From an uncultured Fidelibacterota bacterium (GTDB lineage: Bacteria > Fidelibacterota > Marinisomatia > Marinisomatales > UBA1611), in assembly GCA_913040915.1 (NCBI GenBank), contig CAJWHW010000025.1:1-31955 (forward strand): a stretch of DNA of 31,955 nt, given 5' to 3'. Every line of letters starts with the position of its first letter. Position 1 is the stretch's first letter. Below are positions 9,431 through 17,902 of this stretch, piece by piece. Both the position numbers and the translations under genes were made by a program. Under the pieces are notes generated by a model. It saw only the letters and a list, made by a program, of their open reading frames with translations. It did not search any database and was not told the origin of the DNA.

Positions 9431-10437
9431 TAAAAAGAGAATCCAATACTGAATCGTTTAGGATCTGATAAATGTTCAAAATTAGCATAACCATAATCAG
9501 CTCTGATTTTCATAGAACCAATAGGTATAATCAATCCTGCGCCATAGGTTAAATTTTCTTCCATTTTATTAAACTTATACCCCCATCGGATAAAAAGCAT
9601 ATTCATAAATGAATATTCTGCGCCTGTGACAATATACTCCGCATTGTCCACCGGATGGTTTAACTGAATAGAAACCGTTAAGTGCTGATTATCTTGAACT
9701 AAAGGGTCAAAAGCGCCCCCTACTCGAAACTGAGTAGGAGGTGAAAATTTTTCGAAATCAGTTTTTTCTACTATTTCCATACCGGAGCTTTTATCTAAAA
9801 TTCTTTTTTCATAGCTACCAATTGGTGCTGCCTGCTGCCCAAAATGAGTTAAGGAAGCACAAAAACGGAGAGATTTAAACCCTGTCCAGTAAAACGTTCC
9901 CATATCCATTAGTAATGCACTCATACCATAATCAGCTAAATCTTCAGCCACGTGTTTTAATGTGATACCAAAACTGAAACGATCCGTCATTCTTGCACCG
10001 TATGTAAGGCCAATAAATCGATCCTGGAAGGTAAAATAATTACCGGTTCCATTAGGGTGATATTCTGTTGTTTCCATCATGGGCTCCATGTGAAGAATTC
10101 CTCCACTAAAACCTAAATAATGACGATCTGTGACACGCCGTGTAATACTGAAATAATCATAATTGATTTCAGCGGGCCATTGGATTTGAGATACGACTAT
10201 TTCCGTTTTATCCAACTGGGCTATAATAGCAGGATTATAATATATACTAGCAGCATCCTGATTCAATGCTACCACAGACTCCCCCATTCCTACGGCCCTT
10301 GCACTGATACCTATATTCAAAAATGTAAATACGGATGTTCCAGAACGTTGTCCACCCAAAATAGGAAATAGATCCTGTCCTGATATTGAAGCAAGAATCA
10401 GTCCAAATAAAATAGTCCTCTTTAAAAAATAGACCAT
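9430..10437 (-). CDS. PorV/PorQ-family (FadL-like, UPF0164) outer-membrane beta-barrel, T9SS shuttle-like
   Basis: Signal peptide, family motif FLNIGISARAVGMGES.VA...DA.SIYYNPA, D.G..Y.TG motif and C-terminal RFSIGFSF. Confidence 0.88.
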   Translation of the reverse strand: MVYFLKRTILFGLILASISGQDLFPILGGQRSGTSVFTFLNIGISARAVGMGESVVALNQDAASIYYNPAIIAQLDKTEIVVSQIQWPAEINYDYFSITRRVTDRHYLGFSGGILHMEPMMETTEYHPNGTGNYFTFQDRFIGLTYGARMTDRFSFGITLKHVAEDLADYGMSALLMDMGTFYWTGFKSLRFCASLTHFGQQAAPIGSYEKRILDKSSGMEIVEKTDFEKFSPPTQFRVGGAFDPLVQDNQHLTVSIQLNHPVDNAEYIVTGAEYSFMNMLFIRWGYKFNKMEENLTYGAGLIIPIGSMKIRADYGYANFEHLSDPKRFSIGFSF

Positions 10438-13193
10438 CAGAATATCACCTGAAGTCCAATTTCCATCGTCCGAGGCCTGTTATAACGGGAAGGATCATAG
10501 TTGGGATTGGGGCTGTTTGCTAGATTGTAACCAAATATCTCTCCCGGCTCATAACCGCTTCCTGTATAAGGATTGACTCGACGGGGGGTTAATTGATTCA
10601 TCAGATTTTCAATCTCAACATAAGTTTTTAGCCTGACGCGATCCATTTTAAATGTTTTAAAAAACTTCAGATCAATGTTCTTTTTTATAAGGTCGCTAAT
10701 GTAAGCATAGGGGCGGTCGTCCTCCCGAGGGCCATCATAATATGCCCGCTCATCTATATATATAATAGTATCCTGAATTGAACGGGTATAGCGACGTCCA
10801 GATTCAAATTCGACCCTAGCTGATGCACCCCAATTTTTTGGATGATTGTAGGATAAGTTCGTAAAAAAATGAAATGGGCGATCCCAACTCATATAATTTT
10901 CACCTAAGGGTTTTTCAGATAATTGCCCAGCCTGTACCAATAAATTATCTAATGGTGAAGAACTCTTTCCTGTTACAATACTGTAGTTAAAATTCAAGTC
11001 TACAAACCAATTTTGTAATAAACGACTCTTTAGAATGGCTTCAATCCCTCTTGCTCTGGCATAGTCAGCATTGAAATACATATTAAAGGAAAGATGGGCA
11101 TATTTTGGATTGGATGGTTGGATAGTTTGAGACGTTTCGTAATCAAACATATCCTTCCAGTAAGCTTTTAACTCCAAGACTTGGTCTTCGCTGAATCGAT
11201 GTTTCAGGCCTAGCTCATATTGAACAGTTGTTTTTGGATTCAGATTGGGATTCCCAAATACCTGATAAGTAGATTGAGATTTAGAATTGATTTTAGCATA
11301 AACATACTGAAACGTTGGTAGTTGGGAAAAATGTCCGTAATAAAAATAAAGTACATCATTGTCTGTCACCGGATGTGATATACCAAATCTAGGACTCAAG
11401 CGGGCTTTCATTTTAAACGGGTCGCCAGCCCATGGGAAATCAAATGTCTCTTCTTCAAAAATTTTCCTTGCTTCATCGGTGATAATGATATTGGCAGTAT
11501 CACTAATAGCTTCTTCCACATACCTGCCAGGTATCCAATAATCAGTACGAAAACCAATATTCAATGTCATGCCTTCGAAAATAATTCTGTCCTGGAAATA
11601 GAATGCACCAAAATATGTTTTTGCATTATAACGATCGTAATTGGCGCCAAATCCAGATGAACCACTCCAGGGTTCATCAATATCTAAAACCTGAATGTCA
11701 GTAATCGTATGCTCAAAACCGGTTTTGAGCTTATGTCTTGTTTTCGTATGGTAAGTCCAATCAAAATCCATGCGAGTATTTTCACTGGAAAGGTCATACC
11801 ACTCCGGGGCAAAACCAGTATCATAAAATTCATCTCCATAGGTAATATGGATATTCCCATCATTGCTTGTATTATCGATATTATAATTAATTGGTTCTAG
11901 ATCTAATCTTTCCTGATAATCTGTCCAATGCAAATCTTGCACTGCACTGTGTTCCATGGTTGAAAATTTTCCTATGGTAAATTCGTAAAATGATTTTGTA
12001 GATAAGGTGTGGGTCCAATTTAAATTGATCAAGCGTGTGTCTCTGGTAATGGTATTATAATTATCCAGAATATTCATGTAGCGGTAAGGAAAATACGTGG
12101 AAGCAAAGGCCCTTGGCATGTAGTACCCCTGATTGATATTCATAGATGCATCATAGGACAAAGATAATTTTTTCTTCGCTGTCCACTCCCAGGTCATTTT
12201 ATATAGAAGGTGCCAGTCGTTATTTTCACGTGATGCTAAACTGGCCATAAAATTATCTGCACTTTTTTCCGAAATAAATTTAGGCTTCCAATAACGATGA
12301 GGGTACAGCTTAGAAGCGATAGGAAGATTCCCATCATACATTTTACCATAGCCATTTAAAAAGAATGAGAATCGCCCAGGTAGATCCACATTTACTAATC
12401 TGGGGATTGTTTGTAAAAATAGATCTGGACCACCAAAGTTAAATTCTATACGATCTGAGTTAAAATTATCAGCCAAAAACCTGTCACTGGCATATTTCAC
12501 TGCACCTTCATAATGGTCACTCCCTTCTTTTAGTTTTATATTGACTACGCCAGACATGGCCTGGCCGTATTCCGCATTATAACCGCCGGTAACAATTTCT
12601 AATTCCTCAATGGCATCAGCATTTACAAATAAATTTCCGGAATATCCGGACAAAGGATCTTTCACAGAAAAACCGTCCACTACAAATATGCTTTCATCAA
12701 TACGACCGCCACGTATATGGATTTCATTATCTTGAGTTGTTACACCGATTTGTTCCGATAAAATATCTTCAACACTTGAGACAACTTTGTTTTCGATATC
12801 CTCTTTACGAACTCTGGCCAAAGAAGCAGTTTCATCAACATCAAAAAGTGGCTTTTTCCCCATCACCACAACATCTTCTCCAAAACTCAGGACCGTTTCT
12901 TCCATTTCAAAACTTAATTTGATTTTATCCCCGCTTACAATTTCAACTCCAGTTTTTAAGATTACTTTATAACCAATCATTGAAATTTCTATATCATAAC
13001 TGCCTGGATTAATATTAGTAATCCGATAATTTCCATCAACATCTGATGCAGTACCATAGTAGGTACCTTTGATCATGATGTTGACTCCAGGCAGCCCTAC
13101 TCCACTTTTTTCATCCGTGATTTTACCAGAAATTGTTCCTGAATTTTGTGCAAAGAGCATCGTTGCCATTAAAAATAATTGTAGATTCCTCAT
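10437..13193 (-). CDS. TonB-dependent receptor with an N-terminal carboxypeptidase-regulatory-like domain
   Basis: N-terminal GTISGKITD..SG..LPGVNI.IKGT..GTASD.DGNY. Plug HIRGGR..E..FVVDG...AIEELEIVTGGYNAEYGQAMSGVVNI. Barrel motifs LSPRFGISHP and GNPNLNPKTTVQYELG. C-terminal Phe. Confidence 0.95.
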   Translation of the reverse strand: MRNLQLFLMATMLFAQNSGTISGKITDEKSGVGLPGVNIMIKGTYYGTASDVDGNYRITNINPGSYDIEISMIGYKVILKTGVEIVSGDKIKLSFEMEETVLSFGEDVVVMGKKPLFDVDETASLARVRKEDIENKVVSSVEDILSEQIGVTTQDNEIHIRGGRIDESIFVVDGFSVKDPLSGYSGNLFVNADAIEELEIVTGGYNAEYGQAMSGVVNIKLKEGSDHYEGAVKYASDRFLADNFNSDRIEFNFGGPDLFLQTIPRLVNVDLPGRFSFFLNGYGKMYDGNLPIASKLYPHRYWKPKFISEKSADNFMASLASRENNDWHLLYKMTWEWTAKKKLSLSYDASMNINQGYYMPRAFASTYFPYRYMNILDNYNTITRDTRLINLNWTHTLSTKSFYEFTIGKFSTMEHSAVQDLHWTDYQERLDLEPINYNIDNTSNDGNIHITYGDEFYDTGFAPEWYDLSSENTRMDFDWTYHTKTRHKLKTGFEHTITDIQVLDIDEPWSGSSGFGANYDRYNAKTYFGAFYFQDRIIFEGMTLNIGFRTDYWIPGRYVEEAISDTANIIITDEARKIFEEETFDFPWAGDPFKMKARLSPRFGISHPVTDNDVLYFYYGHFSQLPTFQYVYAKINSKSQSTYQVFGNPNLNPKTTVQYELGLKHRFSEDQVLELKAYWKDMFDYETSQTIQPSNPKYAHLSFNMYFNADYARARGIEAILKSRLLQNWFVDLNFNYSIVTGKSSSPLDNLLVQAGQLSEKPLGENYMSWDRPFHFFTNLSYNHPKNWGASARVEFESGRRYTRSIQDTIIYIDERAYYDGPREDDRPYAYISDLIKKNIDLKFFKTFKMDRVRLKTYVEIENLMNQLTPRRVNPYTGSGYEPGEIFGYNLANSPNPNYDPSRYNRPRTMEIGLQVIF

Positions 13194-14854
13194 TCGATGA
13201 ATTCCTCATCAAATAAGTACTGAAAAAACTTTAGTGGCGTACCATTTCCATCTAATTTGGATCGATTTCCATCATAAAGTGGTAATGTCAAAATAACTAC
13301 TTTACCGGATAATTCTGTCGGTGAAACTTTATATTGTCCCATACTACATACGGTTGGATTTCCTGTCCAGCCATCACCATTTTGAGGATCTGCCATATAA
13401 TATAATTCCGTAATCGTTTCAAACTCGGATTCATCAGGCCAAAATCCTTTTACTTTTACTGCAATTAAACTGGATACTTCCAGATCTAAAGTTGAATCAA
13501 TGGCACTTTCAACAACCCGCTGAGACCTGAGACGGCCATTTGGATTTAAAGTGGTCATGGAATCCATAGGGAACCAGGTGAAGGTAGTGTCTTCAAAATC
13601 AATAGGGTTTATGAATAGATTTCCGCCACCCATGATAAAATTCACTAAACTCGCTTCAGCACTATTATAAGTATCATTGGAAGCAGCGGTATTATTGTAG
13701 GCTGTAAACCAAATAATGTGTTTAAAATAATTTAGATTAGCAGAAACATCTGTTGCAGAAAACGGTAACTCATCGCCTATCTCCCAGAACGAATAATTAC
13801 TTTCGCCCAAAACCGTATCCATTTTGCTTGAGAACCAGTTCAGGGTATTATTATCACCATCCAACGGATAATCATCCACTATCAATACATCTCCGATTAT
13901 TGGTTTTACTTTCCAAACCTGAGCTTCATTTTCATTTGTAGAATCAGGAAATTGAATCATTTTACTTTCCGCCCCGGCAATGTCTTTACATTTAAAATAG
14001 ATTGTATATAATCCTTCATCCAGGTTCGTGAGTGTAATACTGGAAGCATCGCTATCTAAACGTTGCCAACAAGTATCACAGGTATCATTCAAAGTATAAA
14101 AAATATCTGTGATGGTTTCGTTGCCATCCTGATCATATAAATCCCATATAAAAGTACGAGTAGGAAATGTATAACTTGTATCGCTGCTTATATCGGCAAT
14201 TTGTGGATTAGATAGATAGCGAAAAGAAATTTGAGGTGGTGAGTTTTTTATAGGTAAAACTAATTTAGCAGGACTGGCATCCTCATTTCCATCGTCATCA
14301 ACAGCTTTTATTTCAAATGAAAATATATCTAATTCTGTTCGAATCGGAACATAAAATATTCCTCCCTCTTCTTCTGTGTAATTCCAATCTGAATCAGTAC
14401 TCCAACGGTAATAATAACCAACTACATCACCATCTGGATCATCACCCCACCAACTTAATTCCTGTTTACTGGTTGTAATTGTATGGAAAGCCAGTGTATC
14501 AAACAATGAAATTGTTTCAAAACCTTGCTCATCACCTGATAAATCTGTTCCCCACCAAAGATAATTAGACGTATCATATGTCCAGAAAGTTGTATCGCCA
14601 TTGGTAGTATCTGTCACCTCCATGGAATCAATAATCACATAAGCAGAATCACGATAATCAACAAGATAAAATAATGTTGTATCACCAGTTTCCCCAACTT
14701 GCGGCGCAACCCAAATGGTGTCTAAAGCAATGAGGCTTAAATGGGTCTCAGGCGCGAAAGTTTCTACTGGATTTGATGGATCTTTATAGTCCCAGCGCTG
14801 ACAGGACAAACTTATAAATAAAAAAATGGGAAGATAAAAAAAATAAAAGCGCAT
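13190..14854 (-). CDS. Surface lipoprotein with two Ig/Y_Y_Y-like modules and a C-terminal alpha/beta domain
   Basis: Lipobox ISLS|C. Repeated module W.G.D.DG.V.GYYY...F.IKAVDDDG.ED.SP and W...DQDG..TI....Y.IYFKCKDIAG. C-terminal VLIVDD...FKHIIWFT...L.NFIMGGGNLFI. Confidence 0.8.
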   Translation of the reverse strand: MRFYFFYLPIFLFISLSCQRWDYKDPSNPVETFAPETHLSLIALDTIWVAPQVGETGDTTLFYLVDYRDSAYVIIDSMEVTDTTNGDTTFWTYDTSNYLWWGTDLSGDEQGFETISLFDTLAFHTITTSKQELSWWGDDPDGDVVGYYYRWSTDSDWNYTEEEGGIFYVPIRTELDIFSFEIKAVDDDGNEDASPAKLVLPIKNSPPQISFRYLSNPQIADISSDTSYTFPTRTFIWDLYDQDGNETITDIFYTLNDTCDTCWQRLDSDASSITLTNLDEGLYTIYFKCKDIAGAESKMIQFPDSTNENEAQVWKVKPIIGDVLIVDDYPLDGDNNTLNWFSSKMDTVLGESNYSFWEIGDELPFSATDVSANLNYFKHIIWFTAYNNTAASNDTYNSAEASLVNFIMGGGNLFINPIDFEDTTFTWFPMDSMTTLNPNGRLRSQRVVESAIDSTLDLEVSSLIAVKVKGFWPDESEFETITELYYMADPQNGDGWTGNPTVCSMGQYKVSPTELSGKVVILTLPLYDGNRSKLDGNGTPLKFFQYLFDEEFIE

Positions 14855-14865
14855 GTGAAATTAAA

Positions 14866-14889
14866 GCGGGCGGGGAAAACCCCGCCCGT
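14866..14889 (-). terminator. Strong GC stem-loop (intrinsic terminator-like or mRNA-stabilising hairpin)
   Basis: Minus strand ACGGGCGGGG-TTTT-CCCCGCCCGC followed by TTTAATTT. The 9-bp perfect stem spans 14867-14875 and 14880-14888, just downstream of the 985-aa gene stop. Confidence 0.8.
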
Positions 14890-14900
14890 CTTCTTTATTC

Positions 14901-17858
14901 TTATTTCACCAAAAGCATCTTTTTGTCTGCGATGAAATCACCGGCTGAAATCCGATAAATATACATCCCTGAAGCTACTTTTTGACCGACATTATCTTTT
15001 CCATCCCAGTTAATCACATGAAAACCGGATGAATAGGATTCTCCGTTAATGAGACTCCGTACACGGCGGCCCATAATATCATAAATAGTTAGGGTGACAT
15101 TTTCCTGTCCGCCCATAGAAAAACGAATTTGCGTTTCCGGGTTGAATGGATTAGGAAAATTATCATGGAGCGCATAAGTATAAGGATTCACCTGCACATC
15201 ATCATGAATAGCAACTGTGGCTCCTAAATCACCTAGATTTCGGATCTGAACTTTATAGGTACCAAAGCTGTAATTAAAGATACCCATAACATAGTCCAGC
15301 TCTTGGCCTACTACAAGTTCACCAAGAAAAGCTCCACCCTCATCAATTTCGGCATATGTATACAACATATCATCGTCAATAATGACTTCAGAGCCAGTCT
15401 CATCTGTTATTTTTATATCATATTGATCGACCTGTGAAATTGTTACATTTTCCATCTTTACTAATACTCCTTCATAAGATTCCACTTCTTCTCCAGTCTG
15501 AGCCAAATCGCTACAAGAAACATTAGCAGATGCAGGCATATCATTACCGGATGAATTTACAGTTACTGTGGCATCAATGAGTCGTGTATTACCACCAAAC
15601 TTAAAATCCCAATCTGGATCATAGTCTGTAATCAAACCACTTACAGTTACTTCATCACCCATAGTAACATCAACCAAGTCTTCTGTATCAAAAACAAGGC
15701 CATTCCACTGTCCAGTTCCATCCTGGAAAGCATAGGAACTGTAGCTAGAATTGTATTGTGCTGTATCAGCTGTAACAATTCCGGTTAAGCTTACATTACA
15801 TCCTTCATAACGGGTGTTTCCTGAAGCCCATGGTGTTCCCTGCACATGTGAAATAGTCAGGTCATCTGTCACAATAAATCCCAATTGATCATGATCAATA
15901 TCATAGGGAAAGTAACTGGTTTTAGGCTCTGCTTGATCAGTACCATCGTCTGTAGCTGACATATAATAATGAACATCGTCGCCTTCAGAAACTGGTATAA
16001 CACTTGAGAAGGTTGAATCATCATCAGAAGTCATAGTAGCTGTTATATATTCTCCACCATTGATAGAATAATAGATCATAGCTTCCGCTATAGATGAATT
16101 ATCCATTATAACACAGGAAACTGTGACTTCAGTATCATCTGACGTCGGTGCACATGGCTCACGACTTGGTTTAGTTATAGCTGGTGGACCAGCACCAAAT
16201 TCAATGTCATCCACATATAAAGGAGATATTTTGTATGCACTAGAATCAGCATTGCTACCAAAGTGGTGGTAAACCCAGCCTTCAATAGACTGGACCAACG
16301 CACCTATAGGCGGATCACCAACCTCTGTGAAGTAGTCTTGTATAATGTAAGAATCATCATCCACTATAACACCGCCAGAGCCATCATCCACTTCAAAAAC
16401 CTCATAAGGATAATCGTTACTAGTCACATATCCATTTCCAATACGTACCATCACATTGCCCCATTGTTCAGCTTCTGTGGGCAAGCGTAAATCACCAGTC
16501 CCAACTGAGTCCGGAGTAGGTAATGTTTGATCTGTATCAATAAGATCAATTGGTTCTGTAATAAATAATTCAGTCATGTTTGCAGGGCCGGTTGAATATT
16601 CGAAAACATATCCTGTAGCCTGAATTAAATCCCCTTCAAACAGAGTGGGAAAAGCAGAACTATCGGGATCATAGGATAATACAGCACTCCAGGGTCCGCC
16701 ATTTGGATCTGCAAAAATAAATTTGACACCAGACCCGGCATAGCTTAATCCTGTTGGCATGGTAACAACTCCTTCCAATGTTACGGTATCCCCTAACATG
16801 TAGGACATATCAGATTCTTCATCTTCAAAGGCTTTCATTAGGTCACTATGAAGTACTTGTTGTACCCGTTGAATCCGTACAGGATCGCCTTCGGCTTCTA
16901 CTACATCACGTGCTAATCTTGGCTGGACTTTATAGTTACTGTAAGAATAATCTAATACACCTACAATTTCCCCAAGCTCCTGGCCAGTTACCGGATAATA
17001 GAAATAGTCCCACCTATCATCACAGCGAGATGAATTTGTTCCATCAGTAAATTCCCATTCTCCGTATCCTAAATCTGGGTCCGAAACAGTCACATTATTG
17101 ACTGCTAAGAGACAGCCTTCGTATGCTTCTCCTATCTCACCAACACTGATTTCTGATGGTTCAATAATATTAGTTGCGGGACCATGAGCAATGGCTTCAG
17201 TTACATCACCTAATTGAGTAAATCCGTAATATTCACCCACTGTGCCGGTAAGTGTCACACTGTCCCCTTCTGCCGGTCCTTGCACAGTATTGCCATCGTC
17301 ATCAGTCCAATCAAATTCCGCCCATCCATCGTATTCAAAGCAGACTATGCCATTCCAAGGACCTTCAGCATCTTGAACATACATGTACCGGAATTGATAG
17401 GAACCCCAGAATTCAGCCGTTACAATAGCACTAATAGTAACTTCCTGACCATCCAGCGGACTGGCATCATCATTGTCAGGGTCTGCCACGTATTGAATAT
17501 CATAAATTGCCGTTGTTGTGGATGGCTGCGGCAAAGCACCTTCATCAATCCAATCAGCAATTATATTTATTTCATCCGAAGATAAATCAGATCCTGAAGG
17601 AGGCATGGCTCCACTGTTAACTTTCTGCCAGAGCAGACTGTTTGCATGATCTCCCGCTACTACTACTGGGCCATTATTACTGTCTCCAGCCATGAGGTTA
17701 TCATATGAAGAAAGGTCTAGATTACCATGGTAACCGCCACCATTTACATGGCAACTTGTGGCACAACTGTTATTTAGTATTGTCTGTACCTGTGACTCAT
17801 AATCAACTTGTCCAAATAGCATACCAATTGCAATGAACATTGTTATCTTTATTTTCAT
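14901..17858 (-). CDS. T9SS cargo: N-terminal planctomycete-type cytochrome c domain (CX3CH), three OB-fold repeat units (YhcR/ExeM-NucH type), Ig-like linker, type A/FlgD-Ig C-terminal sorting domain
   Basis: Signal ...LFG|Q. C32-ATS-C36-H37, LDLSSY..LM.G...GPVV.AGD...SLL, AMPP and II.DWID.GA. Three repeats of I..[IV]Q...G..V...[GA][IV]VT......QD..G.W.G......GD.V...G.V.EY...T.L...E.YEG.LV....V......D......DD....G...Y....YK. CTD NFPNPFNPET...IYDIMGRRV...WDG......ASGMYIYRI...KKMLLVK. Confidence 0.85.
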   Translation of the reverse strand: MKIKITMFIAIGMLFGQVDYESQVQTILNNSCATSCHVNGGGYHGNLDLSSYDNLMAGDSNNGPVVVAGDHANSLLWQKVNSGAMPPSGSDLSSDEINIIADWIDEGALPQPSTTTAIYDIQYVADPDNDDASPLDGQEVTISAIVTAEFWGSYQFRYMYVQDAEGPWNGIVCFEYDGWAEFDWTDDDGNTVQGPAEGDSVTLTGTVGEYYGFTQLGDVTEAIAHGPATNIIEPSEISVGEIGEAYEGCLLAVNNVTVSDPDLGYGEWEFTDGTNSSRCDDRWDYFYYPVTGQELGEIVGVLDYSYSNYKVQPRLARDVVEAEGDPVRIQRVQQVLHSDLMKAFEDEESDMSYMLGDTVTLEGVVTMPTGLSYAGSGVKFIFADPNGGPWSAVLSYDPDSSAFPTLFEGDLIQATGYVFEYSTGPANMTELFITEPIDLIDTDQTLPTPDSVGTGDLRLPTEAEQWGNVMVRIGNGYVTSNDYPYEVFEVDDGSGGVIVDDDSYIIQDYFTEVGDPPIGALVQSIEGWVYHHFGSNADSSAYKISPLYVDDIEFGAGPPAITKPSREPCAPTSDDTEVTVSCVIMDNSSIAEAMIYYSINGGEYITATMTSDDDSTFSSVIPVSEGDDVHYYMSATDDGTDQAEPKTSYFPYDIDHDQLGFIVTDDLTISHVQGTPWASGNTRYEGCNVSLTGIVTADTAQYNSSYSSYAFQDGTGQWNGLVFDTEDLVDVTMGDEVTVSGLITDYDPDWDFKFGGNTRLIDATVTVNSSGNDMPASANVSCSDLAQTGEEVESYEGVLVKMENVTISQVDQYDIKITDETGSEVIIDDDMLYTYAEIDEGGAFLGELVVGQELDYVMGIFNYSFGTYKVQIRNLGDLGATVAIHDDVQVNPYTYALHDNFPNPFNPETQIRFSMGGQENVTLTIYDIMGRRVRSLINGESYSSGFHVINWDGKDNVGQKVASGMYIYRISAGDFIADKKMLLVK

Positions 17859-17864
17859 TTACTA

Positions 17865-17871
17865 CTCCTTA
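17865..17871 (-). promoter_or_regulatory. Strong Shine-Dalgarno (TAAGGAG) for the 985-aa gene
   Basis: Plus strand ctcctta, 6 nt upstream of the ATG at 17858. Confidence 0.8.
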
Positions 17872-17902
17872 TTCTTGTTAAACCTTTTGAAATGTAAAGG
17901 TC

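Noticed and set aside
10437..14854. Calling the receptor and adjacent lipoprotein SusC and SusD
   Set aside because: The plug motif lacks the SusC LKDA.A.AIYG signature, and the lipoprotein looks beta-rich with no SusD helical motifs.
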